This document shows, one piece after another, positions 9,449 through 18,940 of a stretch of 50,066 nt of DNA (its first letter is position 1; each line of letters opens with the position of its first letter). This DNA comes from an uncultured Thermococci archaeon. Its GTDB lineage: Archaea > Methanobacteriota_B > Thermococci > Thermococcales > CAYNOZ01. The notes beneath the pieces were generated by a model, which saw nothing but the letters and a program-made list of their open reading frames with translations, was not told the DNA's origin and made no database searches. The stretch is taken from positions 2,164 through 52,229 of the forward strand of contig CAYTEI010000003.1 of assembly GCA_964436705.1 (NCBI GenBank). Reading direction: 5' to 3'. Position numbers and translations under genes: made by a program.

Positions 9449-10678
9449 GTGGCCGATAAATCGAGAGAACTATATAAACTCAGGAAAAAACTTGAGGAAC
9501 TTGGCGAGATTAGAGGCAGAAATACCGAACTTGTAACACTTTATATTCCAGACGGATATAATATAAACAAAGCTTTAACACAAATGAAGCAAGAAAGAGA
9601 AACAGCTCAAAATATCAAATCAAAATCAACAAGAAAAAACGTTCAAGCCGCATTAGACAAAATAGTTCAATATCTAAAAGGAACTAAAACGACCCCAGAA
9701 AATGGACTAGTTTTATTTTGCGGAGATATATCCGATAACCCTTCTAAAAGAAATATTGAACTATACGACATAATACCGCCAAGACCTATAGACATGAAGC
9801 ACTATAAGTGCGATAAAGATTTCTTTATAGAACCCTTAAAAGATATGGCATACCACGAAAACACATATGGACTAATGATAATCGAGAAAAATGAAGCAAC
9901 TATCGGGACTCTCCGAGGAAAAAGAATTGTGAAGGAAGATCAGTTAACCTCTAATGTACCAGGGAAAACGAAAGCCGGTGGACAATCCCAGCAACGATAT
10001 AGAAGAATAAGAGAGGAAATGACACATAACTTTTTGATAGAGATAGGAGAACACGCCGACCGGATATTTAAAGAAATGGAACTAAACGGAATTATAATCG
10101 GAGGGCCTGGAGGAACAAAAGATCAATTTATCGATGGAGACTTCTTACATCATGAATTACAAACCGAGATCATAGGGAATGTCAACGTAAGTTACAATGG
10201 GGAATATGGATTAAAAGAGATGGTTAGAAAGGCTTCTGACATCCTCAAAGATCAAGAAGTTACTAAAGAAAGAGAATTAATGGAAAAATTACTTAAAAAA
10301 CTAGTAGATGAGCCAAGACATGTAACTTATGGAGTGAAAGAGGTTAAAAGATCTATTAGATTAGGCGCAGTTAAAACACTTCTAATATCTGAAGAATTTG
10401 ATCATTATGAAGTAAAAGTAGACTGTAACGACTGCGGATTCGATGGTTCAGAGTTCGTGGAAGGTTATAAGGTTAAAAACAAAGATAAATTCAATTGTCC
10501 AGAATGTGGAAGCTCTAATGTGGAGATCGAGAAGAAAGAATTAATGGAAGTTCTTATGGATGATGCCGATGACATAGGCTCAGAAGTTGAGATGATATCA
10601 ACTGATACAGATCAGGGAGTACAATTAAGGGATTCCTTTAATGGAATAGGTGCTATACTCAGATATCCAATAAACTAA
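9449..10678 (+). CDS. prf1: Peptide chain release factor aRF1
   Basis: NIKS, YKCD and GGQS motifs, CxxC...CxxC zinc ribbon, GIGAILRY. Confidence 0.97.
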   Translation: MADKSRELYKLRKKLEELGEIRGRNTELVTLYIPDGYNINKALTQMKQERETAQNIKSKSTRKNVQAALDKIVQYLKGTKTTPENGLVLFCGDISDNPSKRNIELYDIIPPRPIDMKHYKCDKDFFIEPLKDMAYHENTYGLMIIEKNEATIGTLRGKRIVKEDQLTSNVPGKTKAGGQSQQRYRRIREEMTHNFLIEIGEHADRIFKEMELNGIIIGGPGGTKDQFIDGDFLHHELQTEIIGNVNVSYNGEYGLKEMVRKASDILKDQEVTKERELMEKLLKKLVDEPRHVTYGVKEVKRSIRLGAVKTLLISEEFDHYEVKVDCNDCGFDGSEFVEGYKVKNKDKFNCPECGSSNVEIEKKELMEVLMDDADDIGSEVEMISTDTDQGVQLRDSFNGIGAILRYPIN

Positions 10679-10688
10679 GGTGTAAAAA

Positions 10689-12503
10689 ATGGATAAAAAA
10701 ACTATAAAAAAAGAATTAAAAGATCTTTTTGAAAATTGGGGATTAGAATCTATTGATATAGAGATTGAGGAAACACCTGATCCTGAGATGGGAGATTACG
10801 GTACACCAATAGCTTTTAAATTAGCCTCAGAACTGCAAAAAAGTCCAGAAACAATATCAGAAGAAATCAAGAAAGAAATAGAATTAGAAGGGATTAAAAG
10901 AATTGAAACTAAAAATGGTTACGTTAACTTCTTCTTTAATAAGAAAAAATACTTCAACGTAGTTCAAGACATATTAGAAAGTGGAGAAGAATTTGGTTCC
11001 TTAGATCTAGGCCAAGGAAAAAAAGCGATAGTAGAACATACCTCAGTCAACCCTAACAAGCCCCTACACATAGGACATGGAAGAAATTCCATTCTTGGAG
11101 ATACCTTAAGCAGAATCATGAAAAAAGCAGGCTATGATGTGAAAGTACAGAACTACATAGACGATCTTGGTTTGCAAGTAGCTAAGGTTCTATGGGGCTA
11201 TAGAAATTTAGAAGTAGAAGATAAGAAATTTGATCATGCACTAGGAGACCTCTATGTAAGAGCACATAAAGAAATAGATAGTGAAAATGAAGAAACTCGA
11301 AAGATAGTGAAAGAACTAGAAGAAGGATCTGAAGAAGGAAGGAGATTAGTTGAAAAATGTGTTGAAGCCCAAATGGATTCAACAAGAAGATTAAATATAG
11401 AATATGATTTACTTTGTTGGGAAAGCGATATAGTCTCCTCAGGAATTTTTAATGAAGTTTTTGATGAATTTGAAGATCATGATAATTTTGTCAAAGAAGG
11501 TTCTGGCTCAAATGCAGGTTGCATTGTAATGAAACTCGGAGAACATTTCTCTCATATGGAAAATCCTGACAAGATTTTGATAAGATCTGACGGTACCGCA
11601 ACTTACACGGCTAAAGATATTGCATATCAAATGTGGAAATTTGGCTTAGTTGACTCAAAGATGAAGTATGATGACTGGAATAACGTCATTGAGGGTAATA
11701 TAAATAAAGATCTTAAGACCACGTATCCCGATGGAGAATTGGAAGAGAATGAAAGATCAGATATAGTGATTAACGTTGTTGGATCCGAGCAGAAATATCC
11801 ACAGGAAGTAGTAGCTCTCGGTCTCAAATTCTTAGGTCATGAGAAAGAGTATGAAAATTCTTTCCACTTGGCTTATGATTTAGCTAGATTACCTGATCAG
11901 AGTTTTTCAGGTAGAGAAGGAACCTGGAAGGGTTATTCTCTAGATGAAGTTTTGGATGAAGCTATTGATAAATCAAAAGAAGTTATTTTAGATAAAAATC
12001 CGTCTCTTAATAAGGAAAAAATAAATTCTATCGCTGAAAGTGTTGGTATTGGAGCAATTAGATATAATATCCTGAAAAAAAGTCCTGAGAAGCAGATAGT
12101 GTTTAAATGGGATGAGGCTTTAAGTTTAGAGGGTGAAAGTTCTCCTTATATCCAATATGCTCATGCCAGATGTTCTTCTATTTTAAGAAAAACTAACAAA
12201 GAAATAAATGAATTAGAAGAATACGAGGAAGTTAATATGAAAAGTCAGGAGAAAGAGTTAATTAAAATGCTTTCGGAGTATCCTGAAGTGATAAAAGACG
12301 CTACTCAAGAAAAAAGACCTCATTTAATAGCTCATTATGCAAATGATCTAGTAAATTCTTTTAACAATTTTTATAGAGACTGTAAAGTATTAATAGACGA
12401 TGAAAAAATTCGAAATTGGCGATTAGCCCTTGTAAAATCAACAAAAGCAGTATTAAAAGATACATTAAATCTAATGGGTATAGAAGCTCCAGAAAAAATG
12501 TAA
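10689..12503 (+). CDS. argS: Arginine--tRNA ligase
   Basis: EHTSVNPNKPLHIGHGRN (HIGH), RSDGTATY, YIQYAHAR, C-terminal GIEAPEKM. Confidence 0.97.
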   Translation: MDKKTIKKELKDLFENWGLESIDIEIEETPDPEMGDYGTPIAFKLASELQKSPETISEEIKKEIELEGIKRIETKNGYVNFFFNKKKYFNVVQDILESGEEFGSLDLGQGKKAIVEHTSVNPNKPLHIGHGRNSILGDTLSRIMKKAGYDVKVQNYIDDLGLQVAKVLWGYRNLEVEDKKFDHALGDLYVRAHKEIDSENEETRKIVKELEEGSEEGRRLVEKCVEAQMDSTRRLNIEYDLLCWESDIVSSGIFNEVFDEFEDHDNFVKEGSGSNAGCIVMKLGEHFSHMENPDKILIRSDGTATYTAKDIAYQMWKFGLVDSKMKYDDWNNVIEGNINKDLKTTYPDGELEENERSDIVINVVGSEQKYPQEVVALGLKFLGHEKEYENSFHLAYDLARLPDQSFSGREGTWKGYSLDEVLDEAIDKSKEVILDKNPSLNKEKINSIAESVGIGAIRYNILKKSPEKQIVFKWDEALSLEGESSPYIQYAHARCSSILRKTNKEINELEEYEEVNMKSQEKELIKMLSEYPEVIKDATQEKRPHLIAHYANDLVNSFNNFYRDCKVLIDDEKIRNWRLALVKSTKAVLKDTLNLMGIEAPEKM

Positions 12504-12570
12504 ACTACCCTCTCCAAAACCAAATCACCAAAAACTATTTAGGATTAAAACACCTCCAATCATTACACCA

Positions 12571-12647
12571 GGGCCGGTAGCTCAGCTCGGCAGAGCAACA
12601 GGCTCTTAACCTGTCGGTCGAGGGTTCAAATCCCTCTCGGCCCGCCA
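12571..12647 (+). tRNA. tRNA-Lys(CTT), intronless, CCA encoded
   Basis: Acceptor stem GGGCCGG/TCGGCCC, D arm GCTC/GAGC, anticodon arm ACAGG-CT-CTT-AA-CCTGT, T arm GAGGG-TTCAAAT-CCCTC, then G-CCA. BRE/TATA-like CAAAAACTATTTA about 30 bp upstream. Confidence 0.97.
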
Positions 12648-12690
12648 ATTAAATTCTCACGCAAATAAACAAAATAAAAGAGGTAAGAAC

Positions 12691-13497
12691 ATGGGAGAAG
12701 AAGAATTAATCAAAGAAACAAAAGAACCAAGAACTCTAAAAAGCCTAACTAAAGACCTCAAAGAACTAGGAATCCAACCAGGAATGACCCTACTAACTCA
12801 CTCCTCTCTCAGCTCCCTCGGATGGGTCTGCGGAGGAGCAGTTACCGTTATCCAAGCACTTATGAAAGCAAATAACTCTGGAACCATTATCATGCCCACC
12901 TTCTCATACGAATACTCCGATCCTTCCCAATGGGAAAACCCGCCAGTCCCCGAAGATTGGGAAAATAAAATAAAAGCCAATATGCCAGCTTACAACCCTA
13001 AAGTAGCTCCAACCCGAGGCGTTGGAAAGATACCGGAAATTTTCAGGAACTGGCCAGGTGTAAAGAGAAGCTCACACCCAACTGCGTCCTTTGCCGCTGG
13101 AGGAAAATTCGCCAAAGAGATAATTAAAGATCATAGCTTAGATTATCCCCTAGGAGAGAATTCGCCATTATCCCGATTATACGATCTTAATGCAAAGGTT
13201 CTTTTTCTGGGAACTGGTTTTGATACGAATACTTGCTTCCATCTTGGAGAATACAGGGCACCGGATTATGAAGAAATAGAGCAAGGAGCTCCGGTTTTAG
13301 AAGAAGATGAAAGAGTTGTCTGGAAATCCTTTAAAGATATTGAGCTTTTTTCTGATAAATTTGAAGAGATAGGACAAGAATTTAAGGCTAATAATCATGT
13401 TAAAAAAGGGAAAGTTGGTTCTGCTGATGCAAAGCTTTTCTCCTTAAAAGAAGCCGTTGACTTCTCCAAGGAATGGTTTAAGGAATTTCGTTCTTAG
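12691..13497 (+). CDS. AAC(3)/YokD-family N-acetyltransferase
   Basis: LTHSSLSSLGWVCGG, IMPTF, RSSHPTASF, SPLSRLY, NTCFHLGEYR motifs. Confidence 0.9.
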   Translation: MGEEELIKETKEPRTLKSLTKDLKELGIQPGMTLLTHSSLSSLGWVCGGAVTVIQALMKANNSGTIIMPTFSYEYSDPSQWENPPVPEDWENKIKANMPAYNPKVAPTRGVGKIPEIFRNWPGVKRSSHPTASFAAGGKFAKEIIKDHSLDYPLGENSPLSRLYDLNAKVLFLGTGFDTNTCFHLGEYRAPDYEEIEQGAPVLEEDERVVWKSFKDIELFSDKFEEIGQEFKANNHVKKGKVGSADAKLFSLKEAVDFSKEWFKEFRS

Positions 13498-13558
13498 AAA
13501 TTCAAATAGTTAACATAGACCTTATATATTTATATTCTTAATATCTTTTGGAGATAAA

Positions 13559-14182
13559 ATGAAACTTCAAGTAGCTTTAGATCTAACTGAGCAAGATAAA
13601 GCAGTAGAAATAGCTAAAAAATCAGTTGCAGGTGGTGTTCACTGGGTAGAAGCAGGTACCCCACTAATCAAGAATGAGGGTATGACAGTGGTTGAGGAAT
13701 TAAAAAATCTTTTTCCTGATAGAACTGTAGTTGCCGATCTAAAAACTATGGATACTGGTTTTTTAGAAGTTGAACTTGCAGCAAAAAAAGGAGCTGATGT
13801 TGTATCGATTCTTGGAATAGCAGATGATGCCACTATAGAAGGGGCAGTTGAAGCTGGAGAAAAGTACCATGTCGATATAATGGCTGATTTAATTGGAGTT
13901 GATGATCTGACGAAGAGGGCTAAAAGATTGGAGGAACTTGGTGTAGATTATATTTTAGTTCATACAGGAATAGATCAGCAAAGAAAAGGCCAATCCCCTT
14001 TGGATGGGTTGAGAAAAGTTAACGAAGTAATAGATATTCCAGTAGCCGTTGCTGGCGGATTAGATATGGATTCTGTTTCTGAAGTAAGATCTATTGGGGC
14101 TGAAGTAGCAATTGTAGGTGGATCAATAACTTCTGCAGATGATCCAGAAAAGGCGACAAAAGAACTGGTAGAAAGAAGTTAG
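13559..14182 (+). CDS. hxlA: 3-hexulose-6-phosphate synthase
   Basis: KLQVALD, EAGTPLIK, ADLKTMDTG, HTGIDQQ, AVAGG, IVGGSIT motifs. Confidence 0.9.
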   Translation: MKLQVALDLTEQDKAVEIAKKSVAGGVHWVEAGTPLIKNEGMTVVEELKNLFPDRTVVADLKTMDTGFLEVELAAKKGADVVSILGIADDATIEGAVEAGEKYHVDIMADLIGVDDLTKRAKRLEELGVDYILVHTGIDQQRKGQSPLDGLRKVNEVIDIPVAVAGGLDMDSVSEVRSIGAEVAIVGGSITSADDPEKATKELVERS

Positions 14183-14195
14183 AGGTAAGAAAATA

Positions 14196-14732
14196 ATGAA
14201 TGAATTGAAGCCAATAAAGATAAGAGACCAGGATATAGTTACTTTTAAAGTTTTTGAAGGAATTTCAACCGATTTAGATCATGGAAATATTGATAAATCA
14301 AAAGATATAGCCATAGTCTTGCTCTCGGAGGATGAAATTATCCCTTCCGCGGAGGAAATAAGAGAGATCTTCAATCCATTTTTATCTGTTTTATTCGGGT
14401 ATAGAGGGGAAAAACCACTCCAGAAACTTGTAAACAGCATAGACACTGATGGTTTGGTAAATGTAGATTTAGCTGATCTTAGAAATCTTGTTAAGGACGG
14501 GTATGGAATTATTAGATATAAAAATTGTGAAAAACTAAAAGATATTGGCCGATGGGACCGTGGATTAATAGATATAAAAGTGAATAAGAGATTATCTATT
14601 AAGAAATTAGAAGAGATAATAGGAGATTTCTTACATTTAAGAGAATTTGTATGGGGTCTAAAAGTTAATTCAGTTCATAACCCAAAAGCACTAAGTATTA
14701 TGATAAATGATTGGAATTCAGATAAATGGTAA
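14196..14732 (+). CDS. Hypothetical protein resembling an isolated FtsZ C-terminal domain, with T7 loop
   Basis: DGLVNVDLADLRNLV matches the FtsZ GLINxDFADV T7 loop; downstream GLIDI...LSIKK...FVWG matches GALI...LTL...IIWG. No GGGTG tubulin signature. Confidence 0.6.
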   Translation: MNELKPIKIRDQDIVTFKVFEGISTDLDHGNIDKSKDIAIVLLSEDEIIPSAEEIREIFNPFLSVLFGYRGEKPLQKLVNSIDTDGLVNVDLADLRNLVKDGYGIIRYKNCEKLKDIGRWDRGLIDIKVNKRLSIKKLEEIIGDFLHLREFVWGLKVNSVHNPKALSIMINDWNSDKW

Positions 14733-14741
14733 GAAAAGAAA

Positions 14742-16169
14742 TTAAAATGTTTCTGCAAAATACACTTTATGTTGAGCTTCCTCTCCACAACCGTGGCATT
14801 TGCCGCTTACCTCTTCATTTTCATCGACACCAAGCATATCGGAATCAGTTTTCTCTTCCAAATTAATTCCACATCCATTTTCTCCACACCAATTCAGTTT
14901 AACTATGTTACCTTCTTTGAGCAATCCTTCAACTTCTTCTATATTATTAGGTTCGATGATTCTTTCTTCTAAGATATTATCCGCTCTATCCTTTAGATTA
15001 GATATGATCTTACCAAGGTATTCTTCTACTTTTACTGAAATATCTTCTAAGTCTTCTGTATTCTTCTCCATGTTGTCTCTTCTAACTAAAATAGCCTCAT
15101 CGTTTTCAATGTCATTTGGACCTATCTCAATTCTTAATGGTACTCCTCTCTTTTCCCAGTGGAAAAATTTGCTTCCTGGTCTGTCATCTCTATCATCAAG
15201 TTTTACTCTGATTCTTTTAGATTCTAGTTCGCTTTTAACTTTTCTAGAAACTTCTAGAACTTCTTCTTTTGTATCTTCAAACAATATAGGTACTATAACT
15301 ACTTGATATGGTGATGCAGCTGGTGGAAATACAAGTCCATTGTCATCTCCGTGTATAGATAATATGGCGGCGAGTAATCTTTCACTCATTCCATAGGTAG
15401 TTTGATAAACGTTTTCATGTTTCCCATCTTCGGTTTCATATGTTATATCATAAGCTTCGGAGAAGTTTTGTTTATATTGGTGGTTAGTTCCTATTTGAAG
15501 GGTTTTCCCGTTAGGCATTAGTACATCTACTCCTATTGAGTAATCAGCTCCTGGGAATTTATCCCACTCTGGCCTTCTTAATTCCAAATATGGAAGTGCC
15601 CAGTCCTCTGCAAGATTTCTCATAATCTCTTTGTTATCGTTGATCTGTTCTTCAGCTCCTTCGAAGGTCTTATGACAAGTATGCCCTTCAAAGAATCGGC
15701 TTACTTCTCTTACTCTTATAAGAGGCCTAGTATGCTTGGTTTCATATCTGAACATGTTAACTATTTGATAGGTTCTTAATGGTAGGTCTGTATGTGATCT
15801 TATCCAAAGATCAAAAGTTGAATACATTGCTGTTTCGCTTGTAGGTCTAAGAGCCATTTTCTCGTCTAATTCTTTTTCTCCAGCCTGGGTAACCCAGAAA
15901 ACCTCATCTTCAAAGCCTTCTATGTGATCTGATTCTTTCTCAAGTTGTTCTTCTGGAATTAATAAAGGGAAAAGTACCTCCTCATAATTTTTAGCTTTAA
16001 CTTCACTATGAATATTATCTTCTATTCTTTTCATGATCTTAAATCCATAAGGCCTCCATATACTCATTCCTTTGATAGGATATCTTTTATCAACTATATC
16101 AGCTTCTTTTAAGATATTATTATACCATTCACTAAAATTATTCTTCCATTCTTCTCGCTCAATTTCCAT
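14742..16169 (-). CDS. proS: Proline--tRNA ligase (archaeal/eukaryotic type)
   Basis: FSEWY, LRPTSETAMY, FRYETKHTRPLIRVRE, HGDDNGL, GVPLRIEIGP motifs. ATG at 16169 follows GAGGGG. Confidence 0.97.
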   Translation of the reverse strand: MEIEREEWKNNFSEWYNNILKEADIVDKRYPIKGMSIWRPYGFKIMKRIEDNIHSEVKAKNYEEVLFPLLIPEEQLEKESDHIEGFEDEVFWVTQAGEKELDEKMALRPTSETAMYSTFDLWIRSHTDLPLRTYQIVNMFRYETKHTRPLIRVREVSRFFEGHTCHKTFEGAEEQINDNKEIMRNLAEDWALPYLELRRPEWDKFPGADYSIGVDVLMPNGKTLQIGTNHQYKQNFSEAYDITYETEDGKHENVYQTTYGMSERLLAAILSIHGDDNGLVFPPAASPYQVVIVPILFEDTKEEVLEVSRKVKSELESKRIRVKLDDRDDRPGSKFFHWEKRGVPLRIEIGPNDIENDEAILVRRDNMEKNTEDLEDISVKVEEYLGKIISNLKDRADNILEERIIEPNNIEEVEGLLKEGNIVKLNWCGENGCGINLEEKTDSDMLGVDENEEVSGKCHGCGEEAQHKVYFAETF

Positions 16170-16307
16170 TTTACCCCTCTGATCCAAAAGTAATTCTAAA
16201 CACTTGTTAAAAAAACTTTCTTTAACAAAAACTAATCTAATTCCAAATAATCTTAGAGATTAGAAAGATAGTATTTAAACATGGAGCTACTGATAAGAAA
16301 ATGAAAA

Positions 16308-17045
16308 TTAATTATAACGGTTTAAATAGTTAAGAATCACGTTTAAGGTAATATTCTGCTGTTTATTCCAGCTTATTCCAGCTAATCCATCCCCTGATTG
16401 CTCGCCATAGGATCCGAACTGGGCATGGTTCCCTCCCTGTATAACTTTAATTACCCGATCTTTTGGAAGAAGGTCTTTATTACTCTCTAATTTATCTTTG
16501 TCGATAACTTCATCCTTCGTTCCGTAGATAGATATGGCGGATAAATTCTTATTTTTCAAGTTAGAGTTATCTGGGGGGTAGGCTGCTAACATTATGAGTC
16601 CTGCAATCTTACCTGGATTTTCGCTACTGTATTTTGCTGCCATTGAACCTCCTAGTGAATGACCGGCCATAATCCATGTTTCAATATTTTGGTGTTCCTT
16701 GATTACGCTGTTAGCTTTATCACTATTTAGAACTGCTAAGTTAAGAGTCATAGGTGTTATAATTACTTTGTAGCCTTTTTTAGAAATTTTATGGGCTATA
16801 GGGGCGTAAGCTTCCGGCTCTACCTTTCCTCCTGGATAAAAAATAATCCCGGTTTTTGGATCCCGGTTTTTTGGTGAGAAAATAATATTACCGCTCTGAT
16901 TAACGACTACTTTTTCATTTGATTTAAGAGCTTTTAACGCCTCTTCCTCTGGTTTATAAGTGTCATTAGCCCAGTAAAAGAATGATCCCAGAATCAATAT
17001 GGATATTAATGCTACTATCAGTCCAATTTTTTTCTTAGATTTCAT
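16308..17045 (-). CDS. Membrane-anchored alpha/beta hydrolase
   Basis: N-terminal TM helix; FYPGGKV, GHSLGG nucleophile elbow, GTKD, GGNHAQFG. Confidence 0.88.
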   Translation of the reverse strand: MKSKKKIGLIVALISILILGSFFYWANDTYKPEEEALKALKSNEKVVVNQSGNIIFSPKNRDPKTGIIFYPGGKVEPEAYAPIAHKISKKGYKVIITPMTLNLAVLNSDKANSVIKEHQNIETWIMAGHSLGGSMAAKYSSENPGKIAGLIMLAAYPPDNSNLKNKNLSAISIYGTKDEVIDKDKLESNKDLLPKDRVIKVIQGGNHAQFGSYGEQSGDGLAGISWNKQQNITLNVILNYLNRYN

Positions 17046-17127
17046 TAAGATCTTCTCTAAAAATACTTATCAAAATTTAATTTGAAAAAGATCATAAAAA
17101 TTTCGAGGAAATTTATTCTCCCCATCT

Positions 17128-17685
17128 TCAAGACTTTTTAATGTCAGCTACATCTCCAAGGGTTACTTCATCACCGTTTGAATCTCTGTCACCTTTTTCG
17201 TAGTCAATACTTTGATCGCCAAGTAATTGAATATCTAATTCCCTTTCCAATTTCTTTGCAAGTGAAATTGAGGGCTCCATGTGCTCAGATTCTATTCTAT
17301 GGATTACTGAAGATTTTTCGTTAATTTTCTTCCCAAGATCTTCTTGTGACATATCTTTATTTACTCTTCCTTCCCTAACTATCCCCCCATAATCCATAAC
17401 TATGTCCTGATCAGTTAAACTTCCTTTCTTTTTACTACTACTGCCTTTACTACTAGATTTACTCGATTTCCTCCCTCTACTAGATTTGGAGCTACCCTTA
17501 GAGCTTGATTTAGATCTACCCTTACTTTTTGATTTAGAACTTTTAGATCCCTTATTACTACTATCAGAACCAGGTTTCGCATGCTTTTTATAGCAGTTCT
17601 GACAGAGAATCATTTCCACTCCATGAACATACCCAGATTTGTGATCTGATCCAGTATCGGCACCGCATAATTCACAAGTTGGCAT
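17128..17685 (-). CDS. Multiprotein bridging factor aMBF1
   Basis: N-terminal CELCG...CQNC zinc ribbon, HTH SQEDLGKKINEKSSVIHRIES, C-terminal TLGD. Adjacent to pan. Confidence 0.9.
   Translation of the reverse strand: MPTCELCGADTGSDHKSGYVHGVEMILCQNCYKKHAKPGSDSSNKGSKSSKSKSKGRSKSSSKGSSKSSRGRKSSKSSSKGSSSKKKGSLTDQDIVMDYGGIVREGRVNKDMSQEDLGKKINEKSSVIHRIESEHMEPSISLAKKLERELDIQLLGDQSIDYEKGDRDSNGDEVTLGDVADIKKS
17426..17565 (-). repeat. Low-complexity degenerate Ser/Lys/Gly repeat in the MBF1 linker
   Basis: Encodes SSNKGSKSSKSKSKGRSKSSSKGSSKSSRGRKSSKSSSKGSSSKKKG. Confidence 0.7.
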
Positions 17686-17763
17686 GATGTTTCCCTTCCT
17701 TCGATAAAAATACCAAAACTTTTATTTATATATTATGCTTACCAAGAACGGAGGTCGAGTACA

Positions 17764-18891
17764 GTGACAGATGAAGTATCACAGTTAAGAAACAAAATTA
17801 GAAAACTTGAATTCGAAGTAGAGAGATTGAGAAACAAGAATGAGGAGTTATCAAGTGAATTAGATAAACATAAAGAACCTCCTCTATATGCTGGCAAGTT
17901 AATCGAGATCTTAGATGATAATAGAGCAATTGTTGAGAATTCAAACGGTTTAAGATTCGTAGCAAAAATGTCCAATTCAGTTAATAAAGAAGAGTTAGAA
18001 CCAAGCTCCTTAATTGGTATGGAACAAAGAAGTATGACCGTTATGGAAATACTTCCAGAGGAGAAAGAACCGGATGTCAAGGGCATGGAAATGGTTGAAA
18101 ACCCTGAAACCCGGTATACTGATGTTGGAGGCCTTGAAAAAGAAATACAAAGGCTGAGAGAGACCGTAGAATTACCCTTAACTTCTCCCGAAAAGATGGA
18201 AAAAGTAGGAGTAGCACCACCTAATGGAGTGTTACTTTATGGGCCACCCGGAAACGGTAAAACACTACTAGCTAGAGCCGTTGCAGGAGAAACCAACGCC
18301 ACCTTCATAAGGATCGTTGGATCAGAACTCGTAAAAAAATACATAGGTGAAGGAGCAAAACTTGTAAGACAAGTATTTAACCTGGCTAGAGAAGAATCCC
18401 CATCAATAATATTCATAGACGAAATAGATGCAATATCATCTAAACGAATGAAGCAAACTACAGGCGGAGACAGAGAAGTTAATAGAACAATGATGCAGCT
18501 CCTATCAGAACTAGACGGATTCGATCCTAGAGGTGACGTCAGAATAATCGGAGCCACAAACCGAGTAGATATCTTAGACGATGCGATCCTAAGACCAGGA
18601 AGATTTGACAGAAAAATAGAGATACCAGCACCAGAAACAGAGGCCAGAAAAGAAATTCTTGAAATACACTCCCGAAACATGAATCTAAGAAGCGTGAACC
18701 TAGAAGAAATTGCTGAACTGACAGAAGGCAGTACAGGAGCCGATCTAAGATCAATTTGTACAGAAGCCGGAATGAACGCTGTAAGAGAAGACAGAGAGTT
18801 CGTTATACACGAAGATTTCCTCAGTTCAATGGAAGAAGTACTCCAAGAATTCGAAAACATTGAACCAGAGAAAGGAGTAATGTACGGATAA
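17764..18891 (+). CDS. pan: Proteasome-activating nucleotidase
   Basis: N-terminal coiled coil, GPPGNGKT, FIDEIDAI, GGDREVNRT, RPGRFDR, and C-terminal HbYX (MYG). Confidence 0.96.
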   Translation: MTDEVSQLRNKIRKLEFEVERLRNKNEELSSELDKHKEPPLYAGKLIEILDDNRAIVENSNGLRFVAKMSNSVNKEELEPSSLIGMEQRSMTVMEILPEEKEPDVKGMEMVENPETRYTDVGGLEKEIQRLRETVELPLTSPEKMEKVGVAPPNGVLLYGPPGNGKTLLARAVAGETNATFIRIVGSELVKKYIGEGAKLVRQVFNLAREESPSIIFIDEIDAISSKRMKQTTGGDREVNRTMMQLLSELDGFDPRGDVRIIGATNRVDILDDAILRPGRFDRKIEIPAPETEARKEILEIHSRNMNLRSVNLEEIAELTEGSTGADLRSICTEAGMNAVREDREFVIHEDFLSSMEEVLQEFENIEPEKGVMYG

Positions 18892-18940
18892 ATATCTTCT
18901 TTTCTCTATTAATATATTTAAAAAAAGAAAAGATTTTAAT

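Noticed and set aside
12691-13497. Bona fide aminoglycoside resistance gene
   Set aside because: YokD-like AAC(3) homologues are widespread with unclear substrates, and there is no mobile context.
12571-14200. Integrated element at tRNA-Lys
   Set aside because: No integrase, no att duplication found, and housekeeping genes follow directly.
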